The notes beneath the pieces are model-generated. The model was not told the DNA's origin and did not search any database. It was given only the letters and a program-made list of their open reading frames with translations. 64,000 nucleotides of DNA from Candidatus Latescibacterota bacterium (lineage in GTDB: Bacteria > Latescibacterota > UBA2968): the NCBI GenBank assembly GCA_965207885.1, contig OZ242311.1, positions 1,536,001-1,600,000 on the forward strand, written 5' to 3'. Below are positions 39,109-49,364 of this stretch, in pieces. Both the position numbers and the translations under genes were made by a program. Every line of letters starts with the position of its first letter. The stretch's first letter is position 1.

Positions 39109-39863
39109 GAAATTAAAAGATGTTCAGGAATACCCTGTCCCATCACCATAGCCGCGACATCGTCCTGCGTGACATCACAGATCGAAAAATCGCCGACCTT
39201 TTCGCCGTGGCTGAGAATAGTTGCCCGGTCAGCAACCTCAAACACATGGGTAATATTATGCGTAATAAAAATAACACCTATACCTTTTTCTTTAGCAGCC
39301 GCAATATAGCCGAGCACCTTGCGCGTTTCGCCAACAGAAAGGGCAGAAGTCGGCTCATCGAGAATGAGCACGCGAGACCCAAAGTGAAGAGCGCGGGCTA
39401 TGGCAATCGATTGTCGCTCGCCACCGGAAAGACGGGCAACGGATTCACTCGCGTTGCGAATGTGAATACCTATCTCACCCAGCGCTGCGGCCGCACCTGC
39501 ATCCATCGCTGCCTGGTCGAAAAGCGCAAACGGACCGACCCGCTTGACGAGTTCTCTCCCCAGATAAAAATTGCGCGCAATGCTCATACTCGGCACGAGC
39601 GCGAGGTCCTGATAAACAGTCTCAATACCCAGATCTCGGGCATCCTGCGGCGAGTCGAATCGAATGACTTCATCCCCAAAATACATATCGCCTTCGCTCG
39701 GCGGATAAACACCCGTAATCACCTTAATCAGCGTAGATTTACCCGCTCCATTATCGCCTAAAAGCGCGAGAACTTCGCCATCCTCAAGCGTGAAATCAAT
39801 GCCTTTCAGCGCGACAATATGCCCAAAGCGCCGACCGATATTTTTGAGTTCGAGCAAAGCCAC
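39081..39863 (-). CDS. Sugar ABC transporter ATP-binding protein
   Basis: GDNGAGKST, GIETVYQDLAL, LSGGERQ, LDEPT. Confidence 0.95.
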   Translation of the reverse strand: MALLELKNIGRRFGHIVALKGIDFTLEDGEVLALLGDNGAGKSTLIKVITGVYPPSEGDMYFGDEVIRFDSPQDARDLGIETVYQDLALVPSMSIARNFYLGRELVKRVGPFALFDQAAMDAGAAAALGEIGIHIRNASESVARLSGGERQSIAIARALHFGSRVLILDEPTSALSVGETRKVLGYIAAAKEKGIGVIFITHNITHVFEVADRATILSHGEKVGDFSICDVTQDDVAAMVMGQGIPEHLLISCPNHSKRQ

Positions 39864-39871
39864 ATGTAGCC

Positions 39872-41050
39872 TCAGCGTTCTTTCCGCACAAAATTATTAA
39901 TCACAACAGCCGCAATCATAATAGCACCAATAGCACCCCGAAAGGCATTGGAGGGAACCTGCATAAGAACAAGTCCCGTGCGCAACATGCCCGTCAGCGC
40001 AGTGCCAATAGCCGAACCGATCAGACTGCCATACCCCCCTGTGAGCAGCGTACCACCAATGACAACCGCGGCGATAACCTCGAGTTCCAGCCCCGTACCG
40101 CGCAATGGATCGACGCTTTTGAGGCGTGCGACCTGAATAATACCCGCAAGTGCGGCGAGAAATCCCGAAATGACAAAATTAGTCACGCGCACGCGATCGA
40201 TACGAATACCCTGCAAACGCGCCGCCTGGGCATTGCCCCCCGTGGCAAAAACAGCGTTACCGAAACGAGATTGACTCAAGATAATCGCAAAAGCCGCGGT
40301 CAGTCCTATCCACCACAGAATGCCAGTGCGGTAGTTCCCCGGTTCAATGCGTCCGTTGAGCGCGTAAAAAAAATCAATTTTAACCGGCATCAAAGGATGG
40401 GGTATAAGTGCCTCAATGGCGAGATAAGCGACAAAAAGAAGCGCAACAGCAACCAGAATCCTGGACTTTGCGGATTGATTTCTCGCCCGCCAGATATCCC
40501 GCGCTATCCACAGAACAATAAAAAAAAGTGTGAGCGTCAAAATAAAAACTACCAGACCGGGCACTTCGAGAATTGGAGACTCGCGCGAATAGTCGGCATA
40601 TCGTATAATGCGCCCACCAGAAATAGCCGTAAGAGGAATGGCGCGATACGCGAGCATCGTCCCCAACGTAATAATAAACGATGGAATGCCCGTGGATATG
40701 AGAAGCAACCCATTGATCAGGCCGAGCAAACAGCCGACAATTAATCCAATGGCTGCCGCGAGTAAAACAGGTACACCATTTACAGTTGCATAGAGAAATG
40801 CGAGAGAAGACACCCCCAGAATAGAACCAACTGAAAGGTCAAACTCTCCAGAAATCATCAAAAGCGTAATACCAATAGCGAGGATGCCTGGAACGGCCTG
40901 ACTGTTGAGAATGGATGAAATCGCGCTATGGGAGAGAAATGTATCTGGCGCAGCGAGTGCAAAGACCAAAAATATAACGGAAAAACCCGCTGCAGCGCCA
41001 GCTTCTGGAGAGCGCGCAAGGCGGGTGCGAATGGCGTCATAAGGCTTCAA
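39872..41050 (-). CDS. Sugar ABC transporter permease (CUT2/BPD_transp_2)
   Basis: GEFDLSVGS, IPSFIITLG, GGN..AA...GI, ELEVIAAVVIGG. Confidence 0.94.
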   Translation of the reverse strand: MKPYDAIRTRLARSPEAGAAAGFSVIFLVFALAAPDTFLSHSAISSILNSQAVPGILAIGITLLMISGEFDLSVGSILGVSSLAFLYATVNGVPVLLAAAIGLIVGCLLGLINGLLLISTGIPSFIITLGTMLAYRAIPLTAISGGRIIRYADYSRESPILEVPGLVVFILTLTLFFIVLWIARDIWRARNQSAKSRILVAVALLFVAYLAIEALIPHPLMPVKIDFFYALNGRIEPGNYRTGILWWIGLTAAFAIILSQSRFGNAVFATGGNAQAARLQGIRIDRVRVTNFVISGFLAALAGIIQVARLKSVDPLRGTGLELEVIAAVVIGGTLLTGGYGSLIGSAIGTALTGMLRTGLVLMQVPSNAFRGAIGAIMIAAVVINNFVRKER

Positions 41051-41058
41051 CAGAAATC

Positions 41059-42027
41059 CTATCTATAACCTGCGGTCACTAATCTGGCAATGCGGTCAAC
41101 ATTTGATGCATTAATGGCGAACGGGCCTGTGAGCACATCCTGTGCGAGAGTAAGACCATAGGCATTATTCAAATACAAAAAAGAAACAGTCAAATAACCC
41201 TGCAAATAGGGCTGTTGATCGACAGCCTGAACCGTATATCCCCTCCGAATATGCTCAAATATGGACGTACTCGTATCGTGGGTAACATGCAAAATTTCGC
41301 CAGCTTTTTTTCCCTCTTCCTCCACAAAAAGATAAAAAGCATCCGCTGGCAGTGGTCCCAGGGTAGCGATGGCATTGGTCTCGGGATGCCCGAGAAAATA
41401 GTCGCGCAACAAGCCCGCGGACTGCTCGACATCGTTAGATATGGTCAAGCCATCAACCACAATGCCCCTTTCCCCAAAAATGCTCGAAAAACCAGCAAAC
41501 CGCGCTTCGAGACCACTGTGCCCGAGTTCCTGAATAGGACATACCGCGCGCTGAACCGCTATCCCGCGCTTTTCCGCCTCGGCGAGAATAGCTCTTGCAT
41601 TGGATTGACCGCCGAGATACTCGCTGGCACCCACATAAAATTGCGTGGGCAGCGCATTATCTCCACCCGCGTTGGGATCCGCCGTATTGAGCACAATAAT
41701 GGAAATACCCGCCGCGTGTGCGCGCACAACGCTCTCCCGAATAGCTTCGGGATCCGGACACGTAATACCAATACCATTAACCTTATTTGCAATAGCGTCA
41801 TCGAGAAAATTGGGCATATCCGCAATTGAAAATGTGGGATTGCTCAACCATTGCACATCCACATCATAGCGTTTGGCCGCATCTTCCATACCCTTAATCA
41901 CCACATTCCAGAATGGATTTCCCGGCCCGCCATGCGTGACAAAAGCAAATTTGTAACGTTCCTGAGCAATTGCGGGATGCAGACAAGAGAAAGCAAAAAA
42001 AAGCGCGAAAATATAGCGAATAACCAT
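41059..42027 (-). CDS. Sugar ABC transporter substrate-binding protein
   Basis: Signal peptide, VTHG..PFW.V..G, AVDQQPYLQGY. Confidence 0.93.
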   Translation of the reverse strand: MVIRYIFALFFAFSCLHPAIAQERYKFAFVTHGGPGNPFWNVVIKGMEDAAKRYDVDVQWLSNPTFSIADMPNFLDDAIANKVNGIGITCPDPEAIRESVVRAHAAGISIIVLNTADPNAGGDNALPTQFYVGASEYLGGQSNARAILAEAEKRGIAVQRAVCPIQELGHSGLEARFAGFSSIFGERGIVVDGLTISNDVEQSAGLLRDYFLGHPETNAIATLGPLPADAFYLFVEEEGKKAGEILHVTHDTSTSIFEHIRRGYTVQAVDQQPYLQGYLTVSFLYLNNAYGLTLAQDVLTGPFAINASNVDRIARLVTAGYR

Positions 42028-42079
42028 TGAGAACTCCTATCTCGAAATAATGACTTCGCAAGATACGCGCCCAAAAAGA

Positions 42080-42760
42080 TCAAGTCAAGTTCGACAAACA
42101 GGCATGCGTGTACGGTAAGGGATCTATGCCCGTAGCGAGTATTGTAGCGCGCGCATGGGCGAGAAGAAAATCGAGTTCATCAGGGGTATCGACATCAAAC
42201 CAGGGAGGAACGAGACCGAGCGTATTCCCCGCGCACTGAACGCGGTCAATAGTCTGCGCCAGAACACTGGGCGTACTCCATGCCACATCCTCAAAAATTT
42301 CCGGCGTAGATTTTGAAACACCAACGAGATAGTATCCACCATCTATACTCGGACCTAAAACGACATCCTTTGTGTGCAGCAGATCGAATGCCTGTGTAAT
42401 ATGATGGGCTGGCAGAGAAGGGATATCCGTACCAATGAGAACGGCTGCAGATGCACCAGCGTCGAGTTGTTGAACCAGTGCTTCTCGCATACGCGCACCG
42501 AGATCATCCTGCACCTGGGGAACGTACTCCCATAGAGCCTTCACCCCCCCACCAAAAAGTACGCTGACCTCGGACTCTGCATCGGGCGGATCAAAAGCGA
42601 TCACCCGTCTATCGACATTGATACTTTCGGCCCGAGCCAACACATCGCGCACAAACGCAGTGTACAGAGCTGCAACCTGATCGGGTGCATAGCGCGTCTG
42701 CAAGCGGGTCTTGACCGCTCCGGGAATTGGATTTTTGACAAAAACGATTAGAGAAGTCAT
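42080..42760 (-). CDS. DUF2064/TIGR04282-type glycosyltransferase-like protein
   Basis: FVK.P.PG.VKTRL, Q..DLG.RM, IGTD.P, LGP..DGGYYL, WST, DVDT..D. Confidence 0.88.
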   Translation of the reverse strand: MTSLIVFVKNPIPGAVKTRLQTRYAPDQVAALYTAFVRDVLARAESINVDRRVIAFDPPDAESEVSVLFGGGVKALWEYVPQVQDDLGARMREALVQQLDAGASAAVLIGTDIPSLPAHHITQAFDLLHTKDVVLGPSIDGGYYLVGVSKSTPEIFEDVAWSTPSVLAQTIDRVQCAGNTLGLVPPWFDVDTPDELDFLLAHARATILATGIDPLPYTHACLSNLT

Positions 42761-42888
42761 ATAAGAAGTGAGAATAGGCTGTTTACCCAAACATAAAATT
42801 TTTGTATGATAAATGACATAGTACCGGAAAATGCTCTAAAAATCAAATTTTTGAGTCGCCCTCTCAATCCCAAAGGAGAACCAGAAAC

Positions 42889-44802
42889 ATGAGTTCCCGC
42901 ACCCGAACATCTGATTTTATCCCCCTCACATATACCACACCCGACCGTCTGGTCACAGATTTTACAAGCCGGGGCATAGTCATCCTTTCCCCCGAAGACC
43001 TGGGCATCCCCGCCGAAGTCCACAAACGCGTTTACAACTTCGAAAAAAAGGCTAAAAAAGAGAAAAAACGCGTCACAACGGGCATCATCCCCGACGTACT
43101 CGAAGTCCTCAACGCACCCGGCCTCGTCTCAGCCTGTGACCAGCTCGCAGGTAAAAATTGGGCCATCGTCCCCTTTACCCACAACGCAGTCTTTACCAGC
43201 GGACCCAGAGATCAACACTGGCACAAAGACGACAACGGCCCATACAACGGCCGAAAACAGCGCCACCATCAGGCCGTCCAACTGGAAATGCTGTATTATC
43301 CTCAAGATGTCAAAGCAGAAATGGGGCCCACGGCAACCATCCCCTACTCACAATATTGGACCTTTAACCACGAAGAAAACCACGACAACTTTGCGGGCGC
43401 AGACCACCTCGATTTTGCCTACTTCTTCGACATGCAAAGCGAACACGTCAGCGGGCCCCAATCCAAATACGATATCGAAGACATTGTCAACCAACGCACC
43501 GCCCATGACATTCGCATGCGCGATGCCGTCACCGACACACAATGGCCTCTCGTACTCCCCTTTGAAGCAGAGCCACTCCGCGCAGGTAGCGTGATCATTT
43601 ACTCGCACAACACCTTCCACAGGGGCAACCACCGGCGCGATGACTGGCGCACCTGGGACGACAACCCACGCTTCATGTGGCGCTTCTGGCTCTATCGCAC
43701 CACCGATCCATCACCCAACGGGTCAACCACCGTTGTACCAATGAACGACCTCGGCATCGACCCCATCACCAACGTCAACCTCTCCGAAGCACCGGACGAT
43801 GCCACCGAAGTGTGGCACTATCATCATCACTGGATCAAAACCGGCCAGGCACCGCCACCCCGTCCCGAATCAAAATCTGCCTCGCCAAAAGAAAAAGAGT
43901 GCAAAGCCGAAGCCCTATTCGAACAACTCCACGCCAAATACGACGAAGCTGAACCCGTCCGAATTGGAGCAGCTTACAAACTCGCCTCAATTGGCGACCC
44001 GGCATTGGCCACCAAATTCCTCGGACGCGCGCTCCACACCGACCGCGAAAATGTGCGACGCGCCGCCACATACGGCCTGATCGCCGTGGGACCAGATGCG
44101 ACAGACACACTCATCGAAGCAACCCGATCACCCATCAAATGGATTCGCAAAGCAGGCATCTATGGCCTGGGCGACGCCAGCCATCTCACAAAGGATGTAC
44201 TCGACGCAGTTACCTCCTGCTTACACAACGACTCCTCTGTCTATGTCCGCTCTGTAGCCGCGGGAACCCTGGGCTGTTTGGGACGCCGTGCTGTAGCTAC
44301 TGGTAAAGGCACTGATCTGATTCCCACTTGCATCGATGCGCTCTTGCAAAGCCTCAGCCGCGAAGAAAACCGCCCCGGCATGGACAGGGCACAAAAACGA
44401 AGCATCAAATTTGTGCGTCCAACCGACGACTGCGACGTCTGCGAAGGCAGTGGCGTCGATTTTGGCCTCGACCGATTTGAGCCTGTTCGCTCTGCCGTCC
44501 GGGAAAATGCCCTGTGGTCCATCGTTATCCTCTGTTCTCACGGCGCTAAAATCCTCGGCAATGCACTTGAGCCGACAATCGAAACCTTAAAAGACATCAT
44601 CCAAACCGACAAAAATGTCATCGACGTCGGATTCGCCATGGACGCGCTGATTCGCCTGGTCAAATTGAGCCCGGATGAAGTTTCTCAAATCAACCGGGAA
44701 AATCTTTTGGATATCTTAAAAGAACTCCCCGTACACAGTTGGGAAACATTCATCCGCGGAGGCCTTAGTCTGGATACCGTATCAAAATTTAACAATTCCT
44801 GA
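42889..44802 (+). CDS. PhyH-like dioxygenase fused to HEAT repeats
   Basis: RBS AAGGAG; QHWHKD, MGPT..P.S, FHRG; C-terminal VRRAA.YGL / IRKAG.YGLG / VRSVAA..LG repeats. Confidence 0.82.
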   Translation: MSSRTRTSDFIPLTYTTPDRLVTDFTSRGIVILSPEDLGIPAEVHKRVYNFEKKAKKEKKRVTTGIIPDVLEVLNAPGLVSACDQLAGKNWAIVPFTHNAVFTSGPRDQHWHKDDNGPYNGRKQRHHQAVQLEMLYYPQDVKAEMGPTATIPYSQYWTFNHEENHDNFAGADHLDFAYFFDMQSEHVSGPQSKYDIEDIVNQRTAHDIRMRDAVTDTQWPLVLPFEAEPLRAGSVIIYSHNTFHRGNHRRDDWRTWDDNPRFMWRFWLYRTTDPSPNGSTTVVPMNDLGIDPITNVNLSEAPDDATEVWHYHHHWIKTGQAPPPRPESKSASPKEKECKAEALFEQLHAKYDEAEPVRIGAAYKLASIGDPALATKFLGRALHTDRENVRRAATYGLIAVGPDATDTLIEATRSPIKWIRKAGIYGLGDASHLTKDVLDAVTSCLHNDSSVYVRSVAAGTLGCLGRRAVATGKGTDLIPTCIDALLQSLSREENRPGMDRAQKRSIKFVRPTDDCDVCEGSGVDFGLDRFEPVRSAVRENALWSIVILCSHGAKILGNALEPTIETLKDIIQTDKNVIDVGFAMDALIRLVKLSPDEVSQINRENLLDILKELPVHSWETFIRGGLSLDTVSKFNNS

Positions 44803-44829
44803 CAACACACATCAAAGAATGGAGAACCT

Positions 44830-46188
44830 ATGTCTCAGGACCGACCGAATATTCTCTATATCATGGACGACCAGCACCGATGGGATTATCTGGGATCAAT
44901 GGGCGCTGATTTTGTCAAAACGCCCAATCTGGATCGGCTGGCAGAGCGCGGCATACAGTTTACACAATGCACGACAAATTGCCCGGTTTGCGCGCCATCT
45001 CGCATTGCGGTCGCATCGGGCCTGCAACCCGTTCGCCTGGGAGCGCTGGGTAACAACAATTTTCTGCCGCGCACAGCCACAACCTATTACCAACGGCTAC
45101 GCGATCACAATTACTACGTGGGATGCGTGGGCAAACTGGATCTGGCAAAACCCGATGGGTACAATGGACGCGATGGCGATAGGCCAGCTACGTATATGTG
45201 GGGGTTCACGCATCCCGTCGAAGTTGAAGGCAAAAGCCATGCTGGCAGGGGCAGAATTCCCCAGGGACCCTACAATCATTTTTTAAAAGAAAAAGGATTA
45301 CTCGATGCGTTTGTCGATGATTATTCAGCGCGAAGTGGCCCCGCCTCGTGTCATGATTCGGTACTCCCAACAGAAGCATTTGCAGATACGTACATCGGAC
45401 AGCGATCTGTACAGTGGATCGAAGACATACCAGACGATTTCCCCTGGCACTTATTCGTGAGTTTTGTGGGACCACACAGCCCATTTGATCCACCGACTGA
45501 ATATGCAGATCGATATCGCAACGCCGAAATGCCAGCTCCGATCCCAGCAACGAGCAAAGGTAAACCAAAAAATATTGAAAGCAGCAGAAAAGGTCTGACC
45601 GGGGCTGAGGTCCTAAAGACGCGACAGCAATATTGTGCGTATATCGAACTGATTGACGCTCAAATTGGCGAAATATTAGACGCGGTTGAAAAGCGGGGCA
45701 TGATGGACAATACGTACATTATTTTTGCCAGCGATCACGGTGAAATGCTTGGCGACCACGGACTTTATGGCAAGAGCGTGTCCTATGAGGCATCGTTGCG
45801 CGTGCCGCTTATTGTGGCTGGACCAGGTATTGAAGGCGGCAGGGTATCGGCAGAACCAGTAGAACTGATTGATACCAACGCGACAATCTGCGAATGGGCT
45901 GGGTTGCCACCACAGGAAAATATCGACGCGCAGTCATTGGGACCCGTTTTGAGAGGCGAGACGGATGATCATCGCACAGAATCGGTCAGCCAAATTGGTC
46001 GTTTCAGGTTAATCCGCACGAAAACACACAAACTGGTCGAAAACCAAAACGATATCAATGAGCTTTACGACCTGGAAAATGATCCGAATGAACTGAACAA
46101 TATAGCGCGTGAAAATCCAGATATCGCAAAGAAACTGGGCAGCCGGTTAGACGAGAGATTCACAGAGGGAGCCTGGCTACGCGGTTAG
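44830..46188 (+). CDS. Sulfatase (Cys-type)
   Basis: RPNILYIMDDQHR, TPNLDRLA, CAPSR, SDHGEMLGDHG. Confidence 0.95.
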   Translation: MSQDRPNILYIMDDQHRWDYLGSMGADFVKTPNLDRLAERGIQFTQCTTNCPVCAPSRIAVASGLQPVRLGALGNNNFLPRTATTYYQRLRDHNYYVGCVGKLDLAKPDGYNGRDGDRPATYMWGFTHPVEVEGKSHAGRGRIPQGPYNHFLKEKGLLDAFVDDYSARSGPASCHDSVLPTEAFADTYIGQRSVQWIEDIPDDFPWHLFVSFVGPHSPFDPPTEYADRYRNAEMPAPIPATSKGKPKNIESSRKGLTGAEVLKTRQQYCAYIELIDAQIGEILDAVEKRGMMDNTYIIFASDHGEMLGDHGLYGKSVSYEASLRVPLIVAGPGIEGGRVSAEPVELIDTNATICEWAGLPPQENIDAQSLGPVLRGETDDHRTESVSQIGRFRLIRTKTHKLVENQNDINELYDLENDPNELNNIARENPDIAKKLGSRLDERFTEGAWLRG

Positions 46189-46261
46189 GGATTGTCATAC
46201 TTCGTAAAAAGGTATAAAAATTCGGATTTGTACCAACAAACAAGATCCCTAAAGGAGCATC

Positions 46262-47818
46262 ATGTCTGCCATAGACCGTAACCCTTCAACCACGGAACTC
46301 ACGTTAGATACATTTCACGTCCCTGTTGACACCGATTTCCGAATCTATGTTTGCCAGCCGATACTTCTGCACATCTATTTGCTTTTTGTGTGTATTGGTA
46401 TTCTCGCACTGATTCCGAATGTATATGCAGAGGGTATTCCAGCATTTCCGGGTGCCGAAGGTTATGGCGCAATGACGCGCGGAGGTAGGGGCGGAAAAGT
46501 CATCATTGTAACGAATCTGAACGACTCCGGACCAGGCAGCTTGCGCGAGGCATGCGAGGCAGAAGGTCCGCGGATAGTTGTGTTCCAGGTTTCTGGGACA
46601 ATTACCCTTGAAAAGCGTTTGAGAATCTCCAACCCGCACATCACCATCGCCGGACAAACTGCCCCAGGTGATGGGATTTGCATCAGGAGATATCCGCTCT
46701 CAATTAATACCAGCGAAGTTATTATCAGGTATATAAGGGTAAGATTGGGAGATGAAACCGGCGATGATACAGATGCCATATCCGGCAGGTATCACAAGAA
46801 TATTATCCTCGATCATGTGTCAGCGAGTTGGAGTATTGATGAAACGGTGTCTATTTACCATTGCGAAAATGTAACCGTTCAATGGTGTCTGATATCGGAA
46901 AGTTTGTACTATGCTGGTCACGCTAAAGGTGCGCATGGATTTGGAGGAATATGGGGATCAAACCGCAGCACGTACCATCACAACCTGCTGGCACACCACA
47001 CCAGCCGGAATCCGCGTTTTGCTTCTGGTTGCGGATATAACGATTTTAGAAACAACGTGGTGTACAACTGGGGTTATAACAGTGCCTATGGTGGTGAGAA
47101 ACAACAGGCAGGCAATGAGAAGTTTAACTTTACCGTAGTCAACATGGTAGCCAATTACTACAAGCCGGGACCTGCAACCCGTTCGGGTGCGGTGACGTAC
47201 CGCATTGTTAATCCTACATCAAATGATTCAGCAGACGGTTTCGGCAAATGGTATGTTGCCGATAATGTGGTTCATGGCAATTCCGCAGTTACTGCGAATA
47301 ACTGGGATGGTGGCGTGCAGCCTGAGGACGGTAGTTCGTATATTCCAAAATTAAAACTCGACCGACCTTTTGACGCTATACCTATCAACCAGCAAACGGC
47401 TGAAGATGCCTATCACGCTGTTCTTGAGAATGCAGGCGCCTCACTGCCCAAACGCGATGCAGTGGATACACGCATTATTGACGAAACCCGTAATGGCTAT
47501 GCCACTTATGAAGGCGGAACATACGAGAAGAATAACCGCGTGCCTGATGAATCAAAAAAATGCGGTATTATTGATTCACAGACAGATGTTGGTGGGTGGC
47601 CCGAACTCAAAAGTCTGCCTGCCCCGCTTGACAGTGATGCGGACGGTATGCCAGACGAATGGGAAAAGAGATATGGGTTTGATCCGCATGACGCTGCCGA
47701 CACCTCAAAGGACAAGGACAACGACGGATACACCAACATTGAGGAATACCTCAATGGAACAAATCCGACCGAGTTTATCGACTATACCAGGCCCGAGAAT
47801 AACGTGAACACACTATAG
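46262..47818 (+). CDS. Pectate lyase (PL1-like) with C-terminal Ca-binding repeats
   Basis: PAFPGAEGYG, GGRGG, VTNLNDSGPGSLR, TIAGQTAPGDG, DHVSASW..DE, SRNPR, D.D.DGMPD.WE. Confidence 0.92.
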   Translation: MSAIDRNPSTTELTLDTFHVPVDTDFRIYVCQPILLHIYLLFVCIGILALIPNVYAEGIPAFPGAEGYGAMTRGGRGGKVIIVTNLNDSGPGSLREACEAEGPRIVVFQVSGTITLEKRLRISNPHITIAGQTAPGDGICIRRYPLSINTSEVIIRYIRVRLGDETGDDTDAISGRYHKNIILDHVSASWSIDETVSIYHCENVTVQWCLISESLYYAGHAKGAHGFGGIWGSNRSTYHHNLLAHHTSRNPRFASGCGYNDFRNNVVYNWGYNSAYGGEKQQAGNEKFNFTVVNMVANYYKPGPATRSGAVTYRIVNPTSNDSADGFGKWYVADNVVHGNSAVTANNWDGGVQPEDGSSYIPKLKLDRPFDAIPINQQTAEDAYHAVLENAGASLPKRDAVDTRIIDETRNGYATYEGGTYEKNNRVPDESKKCGIIDSQTDVGGWPELKSLPAPLDSDADGMPDEWEKRYGFDPHDAADTSKDKDNDGYTNIEEYLNGTNPTEFIDYTRPENNVNTL

Positions 47819-47827
47819 TAAATTCCA

Positions 47828-48076
47828 TACCATACATCACCAGGTCAGGGGATGTTTGCGATCAGGAAGGGCAAGTGGAAACTGGTGTTGGGACAGGAGT
47901 CAGGGGGTAGTCAGACGGATCACAAGGTTGAAACTGAGGGACAGCTCTATAACATGGAAACAGACAAAGAAGAAACCACGAATGTATATGAAGAACATCC
48001 CAAAGTGGTAGCAGAACTGACGGCTTTGTTGGAAAAGTATGAGCGCGAGGGACGGAGTGCTCCGGTGATGGCTTAA
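47828..48076 (+). pseudogene. C-terminal remnant of an arylsulfatase
   Basis: MFAIRKGKWKL..G..SGG...QLYN...D..E..N.Y..HP..V..L; inserting one T at 47840/47841 restores the upstream TIHHSGQG motif; no N-terminal domain. Confidence 0.75.
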
Positions 48077-48497
48077 GGGGGGGAGGCAACAATTCTAAAA
48101 GTGCAAAGAGATGACACACACTTTTTCTCAATATTCTACGAGGAACTTGACATGCGAACAGGCAGGCGCAAGAAGAAGGAGGATATTTGGCGGTAGAAAA
48201 AGCGACCTACAAAGTTGTTATCACACCAGATAAGAAGGGTTGACAGGGGCGGACGAATCTTAATAAAATAAGGGACTATGTAGAATAGTGCCGAAATTCG
48301 TTTCAACATAAGGAATTGTTGAGAGAAAGGGTAATAAGATGAAGAAAAAACAAAAGAAAAAAAGCCGTGAGGTGACCAAAATAAAAGCCAAATGGGAATT
48401 ACATACCAAAGTGCCCGTCCATAGATCCTAAAAGCACTTGACTTTTTGAAAAGGGTTTTTGTTATTCTACAACGTAACCTTGATGGGGGATAGATAT

Positions 48498-49049
48498 ATG
48501 GACGCATTAGAAAACATTGTGCAGAAACGTGTCTGGAACCATCGTCTTAACGTTCAGATTGATTACAATATCCTGTACTCTAAATTTAAAGAGAGAGAAG
48601 AGAAGAAAGAGGCGCAGGAAAAATGGCAATGGTGGATTACTCTGGTTATGTTTGTTTTACCAGTGCTCCCTTTATGCTTTTACGTTTTTGAATGGTATCC
48701 GCTACAGACTTCGGTGATTGCCCTAATCGTCGAACTGATTTTATCGGGTAGCCTTCTTATGCTTTCTTATCAAGTGAAGATTCTCAACGCTGATATTGAA
48801 AAAATTGAAACAGGGTCGGACGAGATAGCTAAGATTTTAGATGATTACCACGATTTATATCATGAGTTTGAAACCAGAGAGATAGATGACGTTGTAGAGA
48901 TAGACAAGGATCTCTACGAAAAATACGAACTAATAACTCAAATATCAATGAAGGGTGTTACTGTTGAAGACTGTGAAAATGATCGGGCCTCCGATGATGC
49001 AAACATGCAAATCGACAATTACGATGGAAAGGCGGTAGCAAATGGGTAA
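48498..49049 (+). CDS. 2-TM membrane protein, SLATT-like architecture
   Basis: Start MDALEN after GGGGGA; N-terminal helix, two adjacent hydrophobic helices, acidic helical tail (DDYHDLY); upstream TTGACT and TG-T-TATTCT promoter elements at 48438-48468. Confidence 0.7.
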   Translation: MDALENIVQKRVWNHRLNVQIDYNILYSKFKEREEKKEAQEKWQWWITLVMFVLPVLPLCFYVFEWYPLQTSVIALIVELILSGSLLMLSYQVKILNADIEKIETGSDEIAKILDDYHDLYHEFETREIDDVVEIDKDLYEKYELITQISMKGVTVEDCENDRASDDANMQIDNYDGKAVANG

Positions 49050-49176
49050 ACGAAGTTCCGGAGGAAGTCAATCGCGTAGAGTGCAGAGCAATAGGCAGAT
49101 GGCGCGAAGACCAAAAACGCCGAATACTCCGCGCAAACAACCGTCAGGCGGGAAAAAATCGGGGGGTAAAAAGTAA
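49042..49176 (+). CDS. 44-aa highly basic peptide
   Basis: Not in ORF track; MGKRSSGGSQSRRVQSNRQMARRPKTPNTPRKQPSGGKKSGGKK; start overlaps the upstream gene end (ATGGGTAA). Confidence 0.45.
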   Translation: MGKRSSGGSQSRRVQSNRQMARRPKTPNTPRKQPSGGKKSGGKK

Positions 49177-49202
49177 AGAGTGTGTCAGGATAGGAGACTT
49201 AT

Positions 49203-49364
49203 ATGCCTGCAAAAACAAAAGAAAAACCAAAACGCATCCGCTTTCCCGGATATACCAAAGAAGAATCAGACGCTATACACGATAGGGCCGAGAGATTGGC
49301 ACAAGCACTTGTAACGCCGGTTCCGAAGACAAGAGATAAAAAGGAGAAAAACGTAAATGCCTGA
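49203..49364 (+). CDS. 53-aa small protein
   Basis: Not in ORF track; RBS AGGAG; MPAKTKEKPKRIRFPGYTKEESDAIHDRAERLAQALVTPVPKTRDKKEKNVNA. Confidence 0.6.
   Translation: MPAKTKEKPKRIRFPGYTKEESDAIHDRAERLAQALVTPVPKTRDKKEKNVNA

Noticed and set aside
48085-48105. Degenerate third copy of the terminal repeat (GGCAACAATTCTAAAAGTGC)
   Set aside because: Needs gaps to align and has no target duplication; too weak.
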